Both the position numbers and the translations under genes were made by a program. From a virus (Duplodnaviria > Caudoviricetes): a DNA stretch of 64,000 bases. The DNA lies in the IMG/VR virus record IMGVR_UViG_3300010052_000216, positions 9,352-73,351 of that record; one strand, given 5' to 3'. Each line of letters starts with the position of its first letter. Position 1 is the stretch's first letter. The notes beneath the pieces are model-generated. The model was not told the DNA's origin. It did not search any database and saw only the letters and a list, made by a program, of their open reading frames with translations. This document shows, piece after piece, positions 49,501 through 57,834 of this stretch.

Positions 49501-50409
49501 TCCCCATGGTACCCACTGCAGATCAATATTTGTATTTCCTGGCGTAATGGCTAATGAAAAAAAGGTTTTATCGGCAGAAGAATAAAATTCGGTACCACTT
49601 TCATACTCTTGTGTACGATCTGCATCGTGAAAGAGCTTAATTTTACTAGCATCAAAAACAATCCGGAATCCGCCGACGGCATTATAAGATCGTAATGAGG
49701 AGATCTTAACCAAACCTTTTTGATTGGCGATCATCGTTCCGCCAATAACATCTTCATTGCTCTCCGCGACAAAAGGATTAATTATATCCAAATCGCCCGT
49801 GATCTTACCGAACACTTCGACCTTGAGCTTGTCCGATTGATTGTTGGCATTGTCGGCGTAGTTGCTATCGACGAACTTGGTTTGCAGGTTCGCGCCCGTG
49901 CCTATGATTGTGCGCGTGTAAGTGTGGTCCATCGTCGGCAGGTAGGAGTCGTGCCAGCGGGCAAAGAACTGCTCCGTCGAATTGGCCGCCTTGAGACGGA
50001 CGCCCAGGTTGTGCGTCGCACCGGGTGTGAGACTCATGTCCTCCCACGGGCCGATCGTCCCGTTGGTGTTCCGCACCTGATAATATTCGGCATCTGCTAG
50101 GCGCTGCGGACTCGTGGCCATCTGGGCAAAGCCACTGGCTTTCACAAGATACTCCGCCTTGTCATCTAAAAAGATGGGTGAATTCCAGAGAGGGTCTTGG
50201 TCCGTGATGCCGTTGTTGTAAACAGCCGTGTTCCAACCATCATTTTTGACCGGGATCGTGAAAGCGCCAATCGACTGATAGGCCAGGACTTGTCGCTCTT
50301 CGAGCTTCTCGAAAGTTCCGCGAATGATATGCCGCAAAGATGTGGGACGCACAGTTTTGCGTGGGGACTTTGAAGCTTGGCCTAGATACTTGCGCAGAGT
50401 GTCGAACAT
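46564..50409 (-). CDS. Large exported protein with C-terminal alpha/beta hydrolase (lipase-like effector candidate)
   Basis: FEKLEERQVLA planctomycete extracellular motif; DxDxD/N Ca-loops; LVHGWN...FDWP...AHSMG...AMQAA. Confidence 0.75.
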   Translation of the reverse strand: MFDTLRKYLGQASKSPRKTVRPTSLRHIIRGTFEKLEERQVLAYQSIGAFTIPVKNDGWNTAVYNNGITDQDPLWNSPIFLDDKAEYLVKASGFAQMATSPQRLADAEYYQVRNTNGTIGPWEDMSLTPGATHNLGVRLKAANSTEQFFARWHDSYLPTMDHTYTRTIIGTGANLQTKFVDSNYADNANNQSDKLKVEVFGKITGDLDIINPFVAESNEDVIGGTMIANQKGLVKISSLRSYNAVGGFRIVFDASKIKLFHDADRTQEYESGTEFYSSADKTFFSLAITPGNTNIDLQWVPWGSGAVESLDLAKLTVDPITIDLDGDSNNDNFIDPINAGGTDDPIELTGNGIIVSLNNNDDDENGVLDYLQNTAVIGENDLRELQLSHNITQLTQLVHEVVLTLDSTNFKLYASPDKSGLITFIGGEKRWTIGGNVPVPEKLWIEAVSTGVGIVTTQIYQEGGAIIATDAVKVAAYGIDLIIDNQGDLAETELGSFVWQNSDFSKGISAATQSEAGITKYLPDYADPAFNIDPNYLGDFTQAKLIMPSEWVSTHSYKLQFDSSKIRIWSVGYSDGMFQVDSDWSIIKNGDPIHATDAEISIYIEGLSRSINTANILTYSVFDRNTTNSVIMKDTAKYSVIDVNLGVDGNRDNNIDFTNSYDKQLTFWYNNDQEGNHGEDGDYYVTDKVARIILDNSDATISNTRDLEDFARLNLFLDPLLVNSGFSDVKTFTSNPNTMSFRLGSSVEGAVQLYQAPTANGITNAHVLDLQLSKDQVENSNLNTQLSGINYHFITGLDDVSSFIFEGRGSGVINTQIYINVSFVYSNGITRTRYVPIQLELHDFKDFYSRYTIPMTATSRQDLSFVSYTDAIAEHTATTSNKPFLSGTERIVLVHGWNMPGNIGNDWKRAFSETAFKRLYWQGYRGQLVEFDWPTFSNEEGPRTPEELNMTFNMSEFQAWRSGKALMNLLASELSGKTHLLAHSMGNTVVASALRQWHQQSNSKLVESYVAMQAAISGGAYAENNTDAFTINIPDQFIGNEALSSISDWMLAANTSDHDLLRHFPLGSATTNTSSFAKSALDSAVAHAFNFYNPDDFAVSFAWEMNNAVTKNAEYLSEDLAQYLDSLLVQKYAQFFKMDGAGKAFPPTVLWPYRYVMENDANGVRHYYRVPYTEDGQFQQDRINWVDLTPGLVDNASNPGSTAFEILAFFSQANADAVGVDNSISSFVGVDISAPQFGMKTFSEDGTSLSSGHSFQFHHSAAITGAFWKAVKTKTAFATTY

Positions 50410-50598
50410 CGGTCCGCTGCCCTCGGATGGAGTATGTGTGGTGGGAAAGTGTTAGGAATTTAGCGATCCGGGTGACTGTTTGTCAAGTTTTAATGAATTC
50501 ATCCGATATTCGCGATCAAGCATACTCACGCAGTCCCAGAAACTTGATGCTGATCATCAATGAATACCGCGATGCGCCTTATCAGTCACAACATATTT

Positions 50599-50868
50599 CG
50601 AAACTCGTTGCTTTCGGGCCCCCGAAGCCAAACGGGTTGTTAACCCAAAGGCCCTCCTGAAACAGAGAGCGCGAGAGTTTTTGGCGAGAGTGTCAACAAG
50701 ATCGAGGCCATCTGGCGATTAGAGAATTTATAGAGAGTTCTCTTAAATCGGCTGAGTTCAGAAAAAACCAGCAAAAGGCTCACAAAATGACGAACGCCGC
50801 AAGCTCTCGCTCGCGGCGTTTTGTGTAAACCCGTGGGTCGGCGGTATTTCCGCTGAAAAGAAAAGCTC
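50599..50868 (+). repeat. Structured direct repeat, copy 2
   Basis: Offset exactly 9012 bp from copy 1 at both ends. Confidence 0.85.
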
Positions 50869-50999
50869 CCCGTGCCCAACCCTCTTCGGAATAGTTCTCT
50901 GTTTTTTCTCTCACGGAAACACACTAATTCACGGAAAAAGAAGAGTTCGCGTCCGTTTCGGTCGGTCGTTTTACGAAGGCAACCAGTATCGAAATCAAT

Positions 51000-51070
51000 G
51001 TTCTCCAGTTAACACTCGCGCTCTCTAGTTGTTAACTGGCCGGTTGATTTGGGGGGTAGCAAAAAACTAC
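51000..51070 (-). repeat. Inverted partial copy of the repeat head
   Basis: Minus strand CCCCCCAAATCAACCGGCCAGTTAACAAC-TAGAGAGCGCGAGTGT resembles CCCCCGAAACCAAACGGGTTGTTAACC...CAGAGAGCGCGAGAGT. Confidence 0.55.
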
Positions 51071-51097
51071 ACCTCGCCAGTTAACAGCCGCGCGCAT

Positions 51098-51460
51098 CTA
51101 TTCACTTGCTGGAGGTGTCGGCACCAGGGGCTCCAGTAACACAATCAGTTCCGGCACATGGATCTCGACCAGCCGCCAAATCCGATCGTGCTTGATCTCG
51201 CCGTAATCGTGAGCCAACACATGCCGCTGGGCTTGGATTGGTCGCCATAAGATTTCTGGATGCCCCGTTTGAAACTCCTTGGAGACTTTTCTCGCCGCCT
51301 CGCCGATGATTTCAATTTGGCGTTCGACAGCACTGCGCAGGAGCAAGTCGGATTCATACTCCTGGAGCGTTCGTCCTTGCACAAAACTGACCGCTGCCCG
51401 CGCCGCGGTTAGCATGTCCCACAGGTAACCACGGTCGTCTTTAGGATCCGACATAGACAA
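51098..51460 (-). CDS. HepT-like (DUF86) HEPN ribonuclease toxin
   Basis: AVERQIEIIGEAA...W......RHVLAHDY (Rx4H-like). Confidence 0.9.
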   Translation of the reverse strand: MSMSDPKDDRGYLWDMLTAARAAVSFVQGRTLQEYESDLLLRSAVERQIEIIGEAARKVSKEFQTGHPEILWRPIQAQRHVLAHDYGEIKHDRIWRLVEIHVPELIVLLEPLVPTPPASE

Positions 51461-51761
51461 CCTTGCGTGTCCGAAGGATCTCGTCTCGACGAAAGGGGTT
51501 TCGCAGACCTTCGCGCTCGATCAAGTCAACTTTTCGCTGCAAGATGGCTGAGAGTTCATCGGCCATTGTGGTCAAATCCCACAAGCTCCAGGGTACGTTT
51601 TCGGTAAACGACACCAGAACATCGATATCGCTCTCGGGGCCAAAGTCATCACGCAGGACAGAACCAAACAACGCCAGTTCACGGACCTGCCAACGCTGTG
51701 AAAATTCAGCGAGGCGGTCTTCGGGAAGCAAACTGTCGAGTCTGGTAACTAAATCCAGCAT
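51441..51761 (-). CDS. MntA-like minimal nucleotidyltransferase antitoxin
   Basis: LFGSVLRDDF...SDIDVLV...KVDL; overlaps the HEPN gene. Confidence 0.9.
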   Translation of the reverse strand: MLDLVTRLDSLLPEDRLAEFSQRWQVRELALFGSVLRDDFGPESDIDVLVSFTENVPWSLWDLTTMADELSAILQRKVDLIEREGLRNPFRRDEILRTRKVVYVGS

Positions 51762-51874
51762 TCGGTGTGTTCAAATTGAGTGAACTACAGGCTGTTAATA
51801 GGGCCCATATCATTTTAGCCGAATGACAAACGTCGTTCAATCTTTGTAGCATGCCATTTCCCTTTTCTCGCGCT

Positions 51875-51928
51875 GAACACGAACGCCTTGGCGGACTGCT
51901 CAAGCGTTATTATCGTATAGCGGCATAA
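51875..51928 (+). pseudogene. C-terminal scar of integrase-core IS transposase
   Basis: Translates EHERLGGLLKRYYRIAA*, versus RERLGGLLKYYHRRAA* at 53217. Confidence 0.7.
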
Positions 51929-52146
51929 CTTCCCCCCCAGGCTCACTCCGTCCATGCGATTATTCTGGTATCCCGTGATCTGGTTCCGTCAACTGAATCT
52001 TGTCTGGACGCGTTGGCGACTACGGCGGCATGGAATCGATCCGAACGAGATTCCGGAGATTAAGGAACTTCGCCGACGCTACCAAGCTGGCGTACCGCTG
52101 TGCCCCGACGATCTCAGTCCGCCATCTTCCTCATAACCGACACTTC

Positions 52147-53217
52147 ATGCTCTCCTCTCCGTGGCAGTTTCTGATTGCCTGCCTAGCCGCCTGGATTCAC
52201 CGCGAACAACAGCAACGCTTGGAATATGTCCAACTGGAACTGACCGTGGTCAAAGAAATGCTCGGTACCAAACGACTGCGGTTCTCTGACGACCAACGTC
52301 GCCGTTTGGCCGCCAAGGCGAAACAAGTCGGGCGAAAAGGACTCATCGAAATCGGCAGCCTCGTCTCGCCTGATACGCTGTTGCGTTGGCATCGCGCACT
52401 GATAGCGCGGAAGTGGACCTACGAACGGAAGACTGCGGGGCGGCCGCCGATCGCAGCGGAGGTCGCGAAATTGATTGTCAAGTTCGCCAAGGAAAATCCT
52501 CGTGCCGGCTATGATCGGATTCAAGGAATGCTTGCGAACCTGGGGCATGAAGTAAGCGACACCACGATCAAGAATATCCTGAAGCAGCAGGGCATTGAGC
52601 CTGCACCGACGCGTTCGAAGCAAACAACCTGGAATGACTTCATTCGCTCACATACGCAAACGATGGCCGCCTGCGACTTTTTCACGACCGAAGTCTGGAC
52701 GAAGGGCGGATTGGTGACGTTCTATGTTTTGTTCATCATTAAGCTCGCTACACGCCGGGTCGAGATCGCCGGGATCACGGCTTCACCCGACTCGGCTTGG
52801 ATCAAGCAAGTCGCGCGCAATTTGACCGACTGCGAGGATGGCTTCCTGAACAGAACAACTCATCTGCTCATGGATCGCGACACGAAATTCACCAAGGAGT
52901 TCCGGGAGATTCTCAAATCCTCTGGCATCAAGTCTGTTCGGTTGCCTTCGCGGAGTCCCAACCTGAATGCTTTCGCGGAACGCTTCGTCCGATCAATCAA
53001 AGAAGAATGTCTTCATCGAATGATCTTCTTCGGCGCGAAGATGTACCGGCACGCCGTCCACGAATATGTTCGCCACTATCATGCTGAACGGAATCATCAG
53101 GGCTTGGAGAACCGGTTGATTCAGCCTGACGAATCGCTCGGTATTGCCAACAGCGAAATCGAATGTCGCGAGCGTCTCGGCGGACTGCTCAAGTACTATC
53201 ACCGCCGCGCTGCCTGA
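52147..53217 (+). CDS. IS transposase, integrase-core (DDE) domain
   Basis: ACDFFT, LMDRDTKF, NAFAERFVRSIKEE, YH.ER.HQG; HTH GYDRIQGML.NLG. Confidence 0.9.
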   Translation: MLSSPWQFLIACLAAWIHREQQQRLEYVQLELTVVKEMLGTKRLRFSDDQRRRLAAKAKQVGRKGLIEIGSLVSPDTLLRWHRALIARKWTYERKTAGRPPIAAEVAKLIVKFAKENPRAGYDRIQGMLANLGHEVSDTTIKNILKQQGIEPAPTRSKQTTWNDFIRSHTQTMAACDFFTTEVWTKGGLVTFYVLFIIKLATRRVEIAGITASPDSAWIKQVARNLTDCEDGFLNRTTHLLMDRDTKFTKEFREILKSSGIKSVRLPSRSPNLNAFAERFVRSIKEECLHRMIFFGAKMYRHAVHEYVRHYHAERNHQGLENRLIQPDESLGIANSEIECRERLGGLLKYYHRRAA

Positions 53218-53641
53218 CACCGACTTGGCAGCAAAAGTTCGCATTCAACTGCGTTCGCTGCTGCGCTGACCTCTGAATTTCACTCATTTTGCTACGTGTC
53301 GAAGCGATAAGACACAATCTCGACCGAATTGATATTCAAATTTCCCTGCAGTCGAGTCCGTTGTTGATGGAAATCACCGTGAAATACGCCCGGCTGAATA
53401 ATTTCACCTTACGGGCACAGGACGCACCGTCGCGCTGCTTGACGCCGACTTGGCATCATATATTCGATCTGAACTGCGTTCGCTGCTGCGCTGACCTCTG
53501 AAATTCACTCATTTTGCTACGTGTCGAAGTGACAAGATGCAATATCGACCGAGATGATTTTCAAATTTCCCTGCAAACGAGTCCGTTCTTGATGGAAATC
53601 GCCGCGAAATACGCGCGGCTGAATAATTTCACCTTACGGGC
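53200..53641 (+). repeat. Tandem 217-bp duplication of the IS right end
   Basis: 53200-53416 and 53425-53641; both begin CACCG.CGCGCTGC.TGA and end GGCTGAATAATTTCACCTTACGGGC. Confidence 0.85.
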
Positions 53642-54400
53642 TTACCATCTGTATATTATTTCCAAAGTCGAGTTTTCTTTGTTTATCTGTTCAACATATC
53701 CCTGGGTAACCAAAGTACCTGTGATATCGATGCTTTTTAATCGTGGCATATTGACAAGTTTAGACAATGCGAGATTCGTGATGCGTGTACCCTGCAGTTC
53801 TAAATATTCAAGTGATGAGATGCCGAGAATTTGTTCGATGCCTTTATCTGTTATTTCTGTGCCTCTCAGTGATAAAATCCGCAATTTCAGATGTTTAATA
53901 TATTTTATGTCATCATCACTAATTGTGGTTCCAGCTACATTTAACTCTCTAAGTGCATTCATGCGGCCGATGTTCTTCAACGAAGAATCAGTGAGCGAAT
54001 TGTTACTTAGTCCCAGAACTTCTAGGTGGTTCAGTTTAACTAACGCAAGTATTGCGAGACATGTATTTCCCTCATCCAGGCTTACATGTACCATTTCCCG
54101 CACATCTGCTAGACGCCATAATTCCTCATCTTTTATATTTGTGCCGTGTAGCAATATTGTTCTTGCGTGTCTGAAATCAGGATAGCCAAGTAACTTATTT
54201 AAGAATCTTTCGAATCCGATGCATTCACTGTAATACACTAAGGCATTATTATCGGCCAAAAATTTGCATGCGGAAATCTCTCTTACAATTAATGTCCGTT
54301 GCCAAGAAATCCAGAAACTAACAAGTGCTATGACAACTACAAATCCAAAAAACGATTTGAGCCGAAAGCGGGTCCAGCAGTAGAATGCTTTCAAATGCAT
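53642..54400 (-). CDS. Membrane-anchored LRR protein (immunity candidate)
   Basis: RFRLKSFFGFVVVIALV TM; about seven LxxLxLxGTxI repeats; ATG 2 nt after the RHS stop. Confidence 0.8.
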   Translation of the reverse strand: MHLKAFYCWTRFRLKSFFGFVVVIALVSFWISWQRTLIVREISACKFLADNNALVYYSECIGFERFLNKLLGYPDFRHARTILLHGTNIKDEELWRLADVREMVHVSLDEGNTCLAILALVKLNHLEVLGLSNNSLTDSSLKNIGRMNALRELNVAGTTISDDDIKYIKHLKLRILSLRGTEITDKGIEQILGISSLEYLELQGTRITNLALSKLVNMPRLKSIDITGTLVTQGYVEQINKENSTLEIIYRW

Positions 54401-54402
54401 GA

Positions 54403-56397
54403 TTAAAGCGCCCATCTGCCACCTAAATCTTTATTCATATCACAAGCTACATCGTCAACCGTAACGTTACCATTGGCATCTTTATTCGTATTTGGGCATT
54501 TTTGTTGACAGCTTATTGCTACACCGCATTTTAAGCATCGGTCATATCGTTTTGCGTCGTCCGGAAATGACATTCGGCAATTAATAGCGTGAGCTTCTTT
54601 TTCGCCTTTTACACAGTCGTCACAAGTGGCTAGCGTTCGCAGCGGATCTCTGCAAAATTGCGTAGCATGAACTAGCTCATGCTCGAACACGATATCAAAT
54701 GGTTTAAAACGGCATGATATACATATATCGATTATATGGGTGTACACCCCATTAGGAACAGCACGTTTCGCGCTTTGGGTTTTACCAGGCAGGCCATTGC
54801 ATTCTTTTACTGGTTCACATATTAAGTTCACCCGACAAACATTTGATTTTTCATATATCAAGTAGTAATCATATTGAAAATCGGATTTACCAGAAAGCTC
54901 CCGCTTGCGTTCATTGCATTCACAGCATACATCGTTTTCTTGTAACCCGAACGCATCTATTGAGCTAGCTGGAGTATTGCTAACATAAGGATATAATGAC
55001 GCTATCATGCCGTACCCTACTGGATCTCTACTCAACCATGCCCCAATTACAGACAACAAATAACGCCGCCGCACCTGATACATGCCGCTCTCGGCATCCC
55101 ACTTGTACCCGGCATAGAGCACATCCCAAGCGTAGTCGGAGCCAGTTTTGGCGGTGAAGTCGGGGTTCAGGAACGTCGGCACGCCATAGGCGGTGTAGCT
55201 GAAGCGTTCGGCAACGCTGCCGCTGGTATCCACCAGCGCATCGACGTTCCAGTTGGCGTCTTGCAAGGCGTAGAGCCGCTCGACACCGCTGGTAGAGTGC
55301 CGATCGCGGAACACCAATCCGTCGATGTAGCGCAGCCCCCAGACGTATTGGTAAAAGTCGTAATTTGGATTGTCGGAGGAGGAACTCGATGATGAGGAAG
55401 TGCTGGAAGAACTGCTTGAGGAGGAGCTTGTCGTTAACAAGTCCCATGCCTCGAATTCCTCACGCCGTTCTTCGAGGATTTGCCAACTGTCGTTATACAG
55501 ATAATGCCGCGTCTCGGCCGCGGTGGTCTTGCGGATGCGGCGCGTCAGCCCGTCGTAGGCGTACTCGGCGACCACGTTGTCGTCCTCATCAAGCAGCTTC
55601 ACCAACCGATTCCAGGCGTCATACACGCCGGTGAAGCCCTCTTCCGGCACATTGCCGTTGGGAATCGTCGTCATGTTGCCCGCGGCGTCGTAGCCTAGCT
55701 GGACCCACGGGGTGCCGACACTGTTGGTGATGTCGGTGATCTCGTTGACCGGATTGGCCGTGCGCGCTTGCACCAGATCGTTGGTGCCGCTGCCGTTGCT
55801 GTCTTCGTTGAACTGCTGCCAGTTGCCTGTGGGGTCAAGGCCCCAGTCCTGCGCGAAGCGCAGATTGGTGATGCTGGTCGTGCCAGCCAACTGCCCCCGC
55901 TGCATTTGGGTCAGTCGGTTGCTGCCGTCGTAATTGTAAAGCTCGTCGAAGTATTGAGGCGTCGTCTGTGCCTTGGCGACCGTGTTCTCGCGCGTGGTCC
56001 GGTTGCTCGCGCGGTCGTAGGTGTACTTGATCTGATCGAGCGTCGCGCTCGTGCTAGTGTTGCTCCACTTGTTGTCGATCACCCGGCCGAAGCGATCTAG
56101 CCCAGCATACGGGTTCGAGCTGCTCCCTGTGGCTAAATCCCACCGCACCTGCGGCTGCGTGTAGTCCGTGCGGACTTGAGTGCCCAAGCCCAGGTAGCTC
56201 GGCTGCACCAGATTGCTTGTGCCGCCAAAACCCAGGCTCTCCACCCGGCTCAGCTTGTCGTTCATCCCGCCTGCAGTGCCATAGTCATACGTCAGCATCC
56301 GCGTCCCGCCCGTGTTGTCGGGGTACGTCACCGAGGTCGGGCGAATCGTGTTCGCCGAGCCATTCGCATAGCTGTACGTCACTTTGGGTGAACTCAT
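54403..56397 (-). CDS. 5'-truncated RHS protein with Cys-rich HExxH C-terminal domain
   Basis: YD repeats, W.SRDP.GY...LYPYV..TP...DAFG boundary, HELVH; begins mid-core. Confidence 0.85.
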   Translation of the reverse strand: MSSPKVTYSYANGSANTIRPTSVTYPDNTGGTRMLTYDYGTAGGMNDKLSRVESLGFGGTSNLVQPSYLGLGTQVRTDYTQPQVRWDLATGSSSNPYAGLDRFGRVIDNKWSNTSTSATLDQIKYTYDRASNRTTRENTVAKAQTTPQYFDELYNYDGSNRLTQMQRGQLAGTTSITNLRFAQDWGLDPTGNWQQFNEDSNGSGTNDLVQARTANPVNEITDITNSVGTPWVQLGYDAAGNMTTIPNGNVPEEGFTGVYDAWNRLVKLLDEDDNVVAEYAYDGLTRRIRKTTAAETRHYLYNDSWQILEERREEFEAWDLLTTSSSSSSSSSTSSSSSSSSDNPNYDFYQYVWGLRYIDGLVFRDRHSTSGVERLYALQDANWNVDALVDTSGSVAERFSYTAYGVPTFLNPDFTAKTGSDYAWDVLYAGYKWDAESGMYQVRRRYLLSVIGAWLSRDPVGYGMIASLYPYVSNTPASSIDAFGLQENDVCCECNERKRELSGKSDFQYDYYLIYEKSNVCRVNLICEPVKECNGLPGKTQSAKRAVPNGVYTHIIDICISCRFKPFDIVFEHELVHATQFCRDPLRTLATCDDCVKGEKEAHAINCRMSFPDDAKRYDRCLKCGVAISCQQKCPNTNKDANGNVTVDDVACDMNKDLGGRWAL

Positions 56398-56503
56398 GGG
56401 ATGACCGGACCTATGCGAGATTGGTGCTTTATTGGTAAACCGCTCTGATCATTTTAACGGCGTAGATTGGGGCGTGCCATATTATTTTGTGCATACATGG
56501 CAA

Positions 56504-56593
56504 GAATACCTGGCAAATGTGTCGCTTGCCGAAATTCGGTGCAAGCAACGGCTGGGCGGGCTGCTGAAAAGCTACAGCCGCCACATGGCGTAA
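56504..56593 (+). pseudogene. C-terminal scar of integrase-core IS transposase
   Basis: Translates ...AEIRCKQRLGGLLKSYSRHMA*. Confidence 0.7.
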
Positions 56594-56766
56594 AGTCTCA
56601 TTTGAATTGTTTCCTCGCTACCGATCATTTGCGCTTCCCCTGCGCGCGAGCGATGAAAATTCGCCGTCGCTCTGTAATCATCGCGTTGGCTGCCATAGAA
56701 TCGTTGCAAACTTCACCACTTGATCCGCAGTTGACATCAATCATTTTTGCTCCAAAACACTTGCAA

Positions 56767-57261
56767 CTATTTGTGGCACAGACTGACACCGCCCGCCCGA
56801 AACTTTAATACCGCATCAACCTCACTAATATCAGTAAATCTACAGTCATCTATTTTTAAGTTCCTTATTGTCTTTGATTTGCAGAGCATCTCAACATCTT
56901 CATGTGTCAAATTGCATGAAATCAAATTTAATCCAAGAATTAAATCACAAGAAGACACATATTCTAAAACAAGCATATTTTTACTATGGCTGCCATAGTT
57001 GATAACAGTTGCATGATCTACACACAAATCATTATAAAAATATTTATATGCCCTATTATAGATTGTCGTTGAGTTTATATTGTCTTTATAAAAATACACT
57101 ATACACCCATTGCTTCCTTCATCTGTCAGCGATGACATTCTCTGAATCAGCATGCATGTCATGTTTTCATGGTATGTAATATCAAACGATCTTTTCAGGC
57201 AATAAACAACTGCAGCAACAAGCAATGTCGCTCCAAAAAAACTCTTAAGAGGAATCTTCAT
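56767..57261 (-). CDS. Membrane-anchored LRR-like protein, probably 3'-truncated
   Basis: KIPLKSFFGATLLVAAVV shares LKSFFG with the 53642-54400 protein; LNLISCNLT/LKIDDCRFT repeats; ATGA overlap with the upstream gene. Confidence 0.6.
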   Translation of the reverse strand: MKIPLKSFFGATLLVAAVVYCLKRSFDITYHENMTCMLIQRMSSLTDEGSNGCIVYFYKDNINSTTIYNRAYKYFYNDLCVDHATVINYGSHSKNMLVLEYVSSCDLILGLNLISCNLTHEDVEMLCKSKTIRNLKIDDCRFTDISEVDAVLKFRAGGVSLCHK

Positions 57262-57753
57262 AGCTTCCTCTTGAAATTGATTTTTTTGCCAGTTTCACCA
57301 GGCAGTTTACCGGCCGCTTCAAGCAGCCTAGTTTCTCTTGTGTCATTATGTTCTTTTCCATACCAAGACGGAAAATTGTATTTATGTAAAATCTGCTTGT
57401 GTACAAAAAGTCGGTTCTGCCCCACTTCTACTGGTTCTCCTTCAATTTGCGTGAAAACCGCAACATCTGTATGTTTATCCTCGACTTTGATATCAATAAA
57501 TTCATATTCTTGGGAGTTATCATTTGATTTACAATACTCGATTTCAGCCTTCACCCTACGAATAATTAAATCAGCACCCTTGCTGAGTTTTCCATCACCT
57601 GCAACATCCTTCTCGAAAGCTAGTGTCACTGATTCGCCAGCTTCAACCTGTTTGGTTTTATTATTATTGTCTGCAAAGTCAAAATTCACTAGTTTTAAAT
57701 CAATGGTCACCTTCATTGGTTCTGCCGGCTTTCTTCCGTTTGTACACATTGCG
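57258..57753 (-). pseudogene. 5'-truncated gene (orphan toxin-tip candidate) cut by transposon end
   Basis: AT-rich open frame that runs up to the TGTACCCC junction; the track ORF's first codons lie inside the inverted repeat. Confidence 0.5.
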
Positions 57754-57834
57754 TGTACCCCATCGTTAATTCTGGCCGCTAGCATTCGATTTATTGGTGG
57801 AGGAATGGGCTTCCTGGGTTTGCTGATTGACCGC
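57754..57834 (+). repeat. Left terminal inverted repeat
   Basis: Core TGGCCGCTAGCA at 57773-57784. Confidence 0.8.

Noticed and set aside
51954-52136. 60-aa ORF upstream of the IS transposase and an IS left end
   Set aside because: No motif support, and no inverted match to the right end GAATAATTTCACCTTACGGG was found, so the IS boundary is left uncalled.
57258-57785. 175-aa ORF as an intact gene starting at 57785
   Set aside because: Its first codons lie inside the transposon inverted repeat; treated as a truncated gene.
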